From positions 62,001 to 126,000 of the forward strand of contig JAPEUD010000006.1 of assembly GCA_026026165.1 (NCBI GenBank): a stretch of DNA of 64,000 bases. The letters run 5' to 3'. Positions 61,162-64,000 of the stretch are shown one piece after another. Both the position numbers and the translations under genes were made by a program. The notes under the pieces were generated by a model. It searched no databases, had not been told where the DNA came from, and was given only the letters and a program-made list of their open reading frames with translations. Source of the DNA: Sarea resinae (lineage: Eukaryota). Every line of letters starts with the position of its first letter. Positions within the stretch are counted from its first letter, which is position 1.

Positions 61162-62805
61162 ATGCGTATCCCACTCTTCCGCATCTTCTACTCGACATCC
61201 TTCACCATCCTCTTGCTCATCCTCATCGTCCTCCTCATTGTCACTCCCGGTGATACCATCCACCAGGCGCTCTCCAATGACCAGATTTACTACGTCTTCA
61301 TCATCGCCGCCGTCTACTTCGTCACCGTCGTGCTCGCGGTCCTCATCTACGCCAGCCGTCTTTATACCAATCGCAGCGTCCTAGCCGCCATTCCCAAAGC
61401 ATGGGTGCCTATCGAAAAGGAGGATGTAGGACATAGCGTGCGCCGCATGATCGCAGAAGGATTGAGCCGCAGTGCTCTGGTCGCCTGGGATGCGCGCCCT
61501 AGAGATCTGAGCGCGGAAGGTTTCCCGGAAGAATACCATCAGTCAGCTCCGAGCATCTCTTCGGGCGTTCGCCGTCCGTCATTCACAGACCAACGCCACC
61601 ACCATCACCATTATCACCACGGGCACCTTTACCGCGAAGGGACCGCAATTCGCATACCGCGCCTTTCCCCCGTCTGGGGCCCCATCTCGCACCCAGGCTG
61701 GTCCTCGCCGTCATCTCCGGACCTCCCAAATCTTCACTACAACACCGTCATCTATGAGCTACCCCACCTCATTGAAGCCAAAGCCGTCTCTCTTGCGCCC
61801 TTGGACCCAACTCTCCCTCCCCCGCCACCAGACGGCCCGCCAACCCCACCCGACCCCCGTGCCGTAGCTCTCCTCCAACGTCCCGCGACGATGAGCCTAC
61901 GCGACTACCTAGCCTATCTCACCAACCTCGACCTGATCGACCCGCCCGAACTCGCTGCCGACTTCCTCGCTGCCTACGAGCGCGCCCGTTTCTCCAGCAA
62001 GCCATCCACCGAAGAACAATTCCGCGACCTCATGCACATATTCGCCGAGATCCTCCGTCGCATGACCACACTCGACCCGGCTGTCCTCAACGACTACGTC
62101 TTCGAAGAAGAGAGGTACTTCGGAGAAGAAGAGTTTGACTCCACGTTCCCAGACAACTCTACCGAGCGCGGCCGTGACAGAGACGGAGACGTATATGAGG
62201 ATGGCGCAGCGTCGATCCCGTCCCAGACGGCGTCAACGACCCAACTCCACCTTCCGCTCCCCTACTCGTACCGCACGCGCTCCCGCTCCTCTAGTCCCTT
62301 ATCCGAGCACAGCACAACCTCGACGACCGGCACGATCCGCACGGCGCCAAGCTACCTAACGCGCAATTTCCACACCCCAACATCCATCTTCCCACGCACG
62401 CCCTCAAGCTCCTCTCTCTCATCCCTGTCCACAACGGCGACGCGGTCGCGCCCGTCTCCGGCAACGCACAATTCCTCGCACACGCTCTCCCTGCCCCACC
62501 CGCCGCGCCGCCATCACTCACAATCCCAGCAGGGCACGCAGCCGCAGCAGCCCAGAGGCGGCTACTTCGCACACAGGGAACACAGCCTGACGCACCAGTC
62601 TCACCATCATCATCATCATAATCACCATCGCAACGAAGATGATGCGTCTCGGTCCCGCGATCCATTGCCCGTCGGCCAATCCGAGGACTCCTCTGACGCC
62701 TCGTCCGTCATCCGCCTGCGACACTCGCCGGGGCCAGACGACCTGCCATATGAATTTGCTCTAGCAGCTCCACCCCCGCGGGGGAGAAGGACCTCAATGT
62801 CATGA
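61162..62805 (+). CDS. DLT1: Defect at low temperature protein 1 family membrane protein
   Basis: Two N-terminal TM segments with RIFYSTS...TPGD...YASRLYTNRSVLAAIPKAWVPIEKEDV, HPGWSSP, ELPHLIEAKAVSLAP, YERARFS. Confidence 0.8.
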   Translation: MRIPLFRIFYSTSFTILLLILIVLLIVTPGDTIHQALSNDQIYYVFIIAAVYFVTVVLAVLIYASRLYTNRSVLAAIPKAWVPIEKEDVGHSVRRMIAEGLSRSALVAWDARPRDLSAEGFPEEYHQSAPSISSGVRRPSFTDQRHHHHHYHHGHLYREGTAIRIPRLSPVWGPISHPGWSSPSSPDLPNLHYNTVIYELPHLIEAKAVSLAPLDPTLPPPPPDGPPTPPDPRAVALLQRPATMSLRDYLAYLTNLDLIDPPELAADFLAAYERARFSSKPSTEEQFRDLMHIFAEILRRMTTLDPAVLNDYVFEEERYFGEEEFDSTFPDNSTERGRDRDGDVYEDGAASIPSQTASTTQLHLPLPYSYRTRSRSSSPLSEHSTTSTTGTIRTAPSYLTRNFHTPTSIFPRTPSSSSLSSLSTTATRSRPSPATHNSSHTLSLPHPPRRHHSQSQQGTQPQQPRGGYFAHREHSLTHQSHHHHHHNHHRNEDDASRSRDPLPVGQSEDSSDASSVIRLRHSPGPDDLPYEFALAAPPPRGRRTSMS

Positions 62806-63779
62806 GCGCGACTGTCTTGTCTGGGGAAGGCGCTGAAGTGACGGAGGAAGGGAGGAAGGGATCGATGGGAGAGGATGCGGGAGTTTTGCCAGAAGCCCGG
62901 CTTCTTGGACGTCTTTGATGCACGTTGATGACTTGATGAATGAAATCGGTTGGCGGTCATCTTAGAATGGCATGACATGACATGACATAGCATAGCGTGG
63001 TGTAGCGTGGCGTTTTTTTTCGAATTTTTTTTTTCTTTTCATCTTTTGGCTTGTTCTTTTTCGCCAGCACTCTTCTCACTGGATCCGTGATCTGTCATTT
63101 TTGCCTTTATTTCGACCGTCGGCATTGGCTACTTCAGTACTACTGTGGTCCGTACAACGACACCACGGTACGCCCTCGTTTGGATCGCGACTATCGTTCT
63201 TGGCTCGTCATTTCTGAGACCAGCATTTTGGGGAGGTCTGTAGAACAGAACTGAACAGAATAGAAGAGGTCGAGAATAGGGGTTAGGGGTTGGGTTCAGT
63301 TTCAGGGGTTCAGGGGAGGGGCTTGTTTTCAAATCCATTACATAGATGGATGGATGGATCGATACTACTGTAGATAGGTGGATAGGTGGATAGGTCAATG
63401 GACGGATGGGATGGGATGGGATGGCGTGGATCGGATAATAATATTCTTTCATGATCAAGGACTTGCTTGCTATCTATAGAGTACTGCAAATGCGCAGCCG
63501 ACGACTGAAGTCAAGTAAGGTACCTCAGTGATGACAGCCGTATTTCTGCGCCGATAGTTGAATGCGTAATGGAAATCTATCTTCCAGGTTTCCCGCTTCG
63601 CTATTCCCTCCTTCTCTAGTCCATTGTCCCGTCGCCCGTCCCCTTTCCCCCTTTGCCCCCTTTTGCCCCTTTTGCGAATTTTCCCCTTTTCCCAATAATC
63701 AGACAACACCTCGCTCACAAACAATACCCCACGTGCCCCTTTCCGCCTCCGCGCCCTACAAGAGGAAAGCCGACCCAAT

Positions 63780-64000
63780 CTACCAGCTCACGACGCCCCT
63801 CTCGCGATCGAAGCCGCCTCGTAGCTGGGTCGCGGGCTTGACGACTTTGCCGGCGAGGATGGTGTATTTGACGATGTTCTCGCAGTCCTCGGGGCGCACG
63901 CGGGCGAGCCAGATGGCTTGTGCTGCGCCTTGTGGTTCTGGTGTTTGGGGGGTCTGAGCTGATGAGGTGGTGGTGGTGGTAGTGGAGGAGGAAGGAGGAA
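63780..64000 (-). CDS. 3' end of a sucrase/ferredoxin-like (APD1/AIM32 family) protein, truncated by the window edge
   Basis: Minus frame ...GAAQAIWLARVRPEDCENIVKYTILAGKVVKPATQLRGGFDRERGVVSW* with the TAG stop at 63782-63780. Confidence 0.75.
   Translation of the reverse strand, partial: PPSSSTTTTTTSSAQTPQTPEPQGAAQAIWLARVRPEDCENIVKYTILAGKVVKPATQLRGGFDRERGVVSW

Noticed and set aside
1..64000. tRNA, 5S/rRNA genes and intact transposons
   Set aside because: No cloverleaf with A/B boxes, rRNA sequence, or transposase/RT ORF was recognised by eye; tRNAscan-SE and cmscan would be needed to exclude them formally.

Overview
This is gene-dense eukaryotic DNA from a filamentous ascomycete (Pezizomycotina-type genes, short GT-AG introns). 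About 21 protein-coding genes are supported: an aldo/keto reductase, cis-prenyltransferase, KGD1, TFB1, a UDS1-domain coiled-coil protein, DSC2, SOD2, PSF3, a centrosomin CM1 protein, a TFIP11/SPP382 G-patch protein, MRP10, a glycerol-3-phosphate acyltransferase, DLT1, the 3' end of an APD1-like gene, several conserved hypotheticals and a small secreted Kex2-type precursor. The most unusual element is a non-coding array at ~24980-26650: six full units plus one degenerate unit, period ~250-280 bp. Each unit has a ~150-bp core in which 6-7 short motifs sit at offsets fixed to +/-1 bp, while the bases between motifs and the linkers diverge. Other points are a C/D-box snoRNA with an 18S-complementary guide inside an intron (~3774-3851), microsatellite-rich spacers at 7 of 8 convergent gene junctions, CG->TG/CA->TA decay in a small repeat, and a GAG splice acceptor in SOD2. 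Gene identities come from recognising motifs by eye; no database searches were run.
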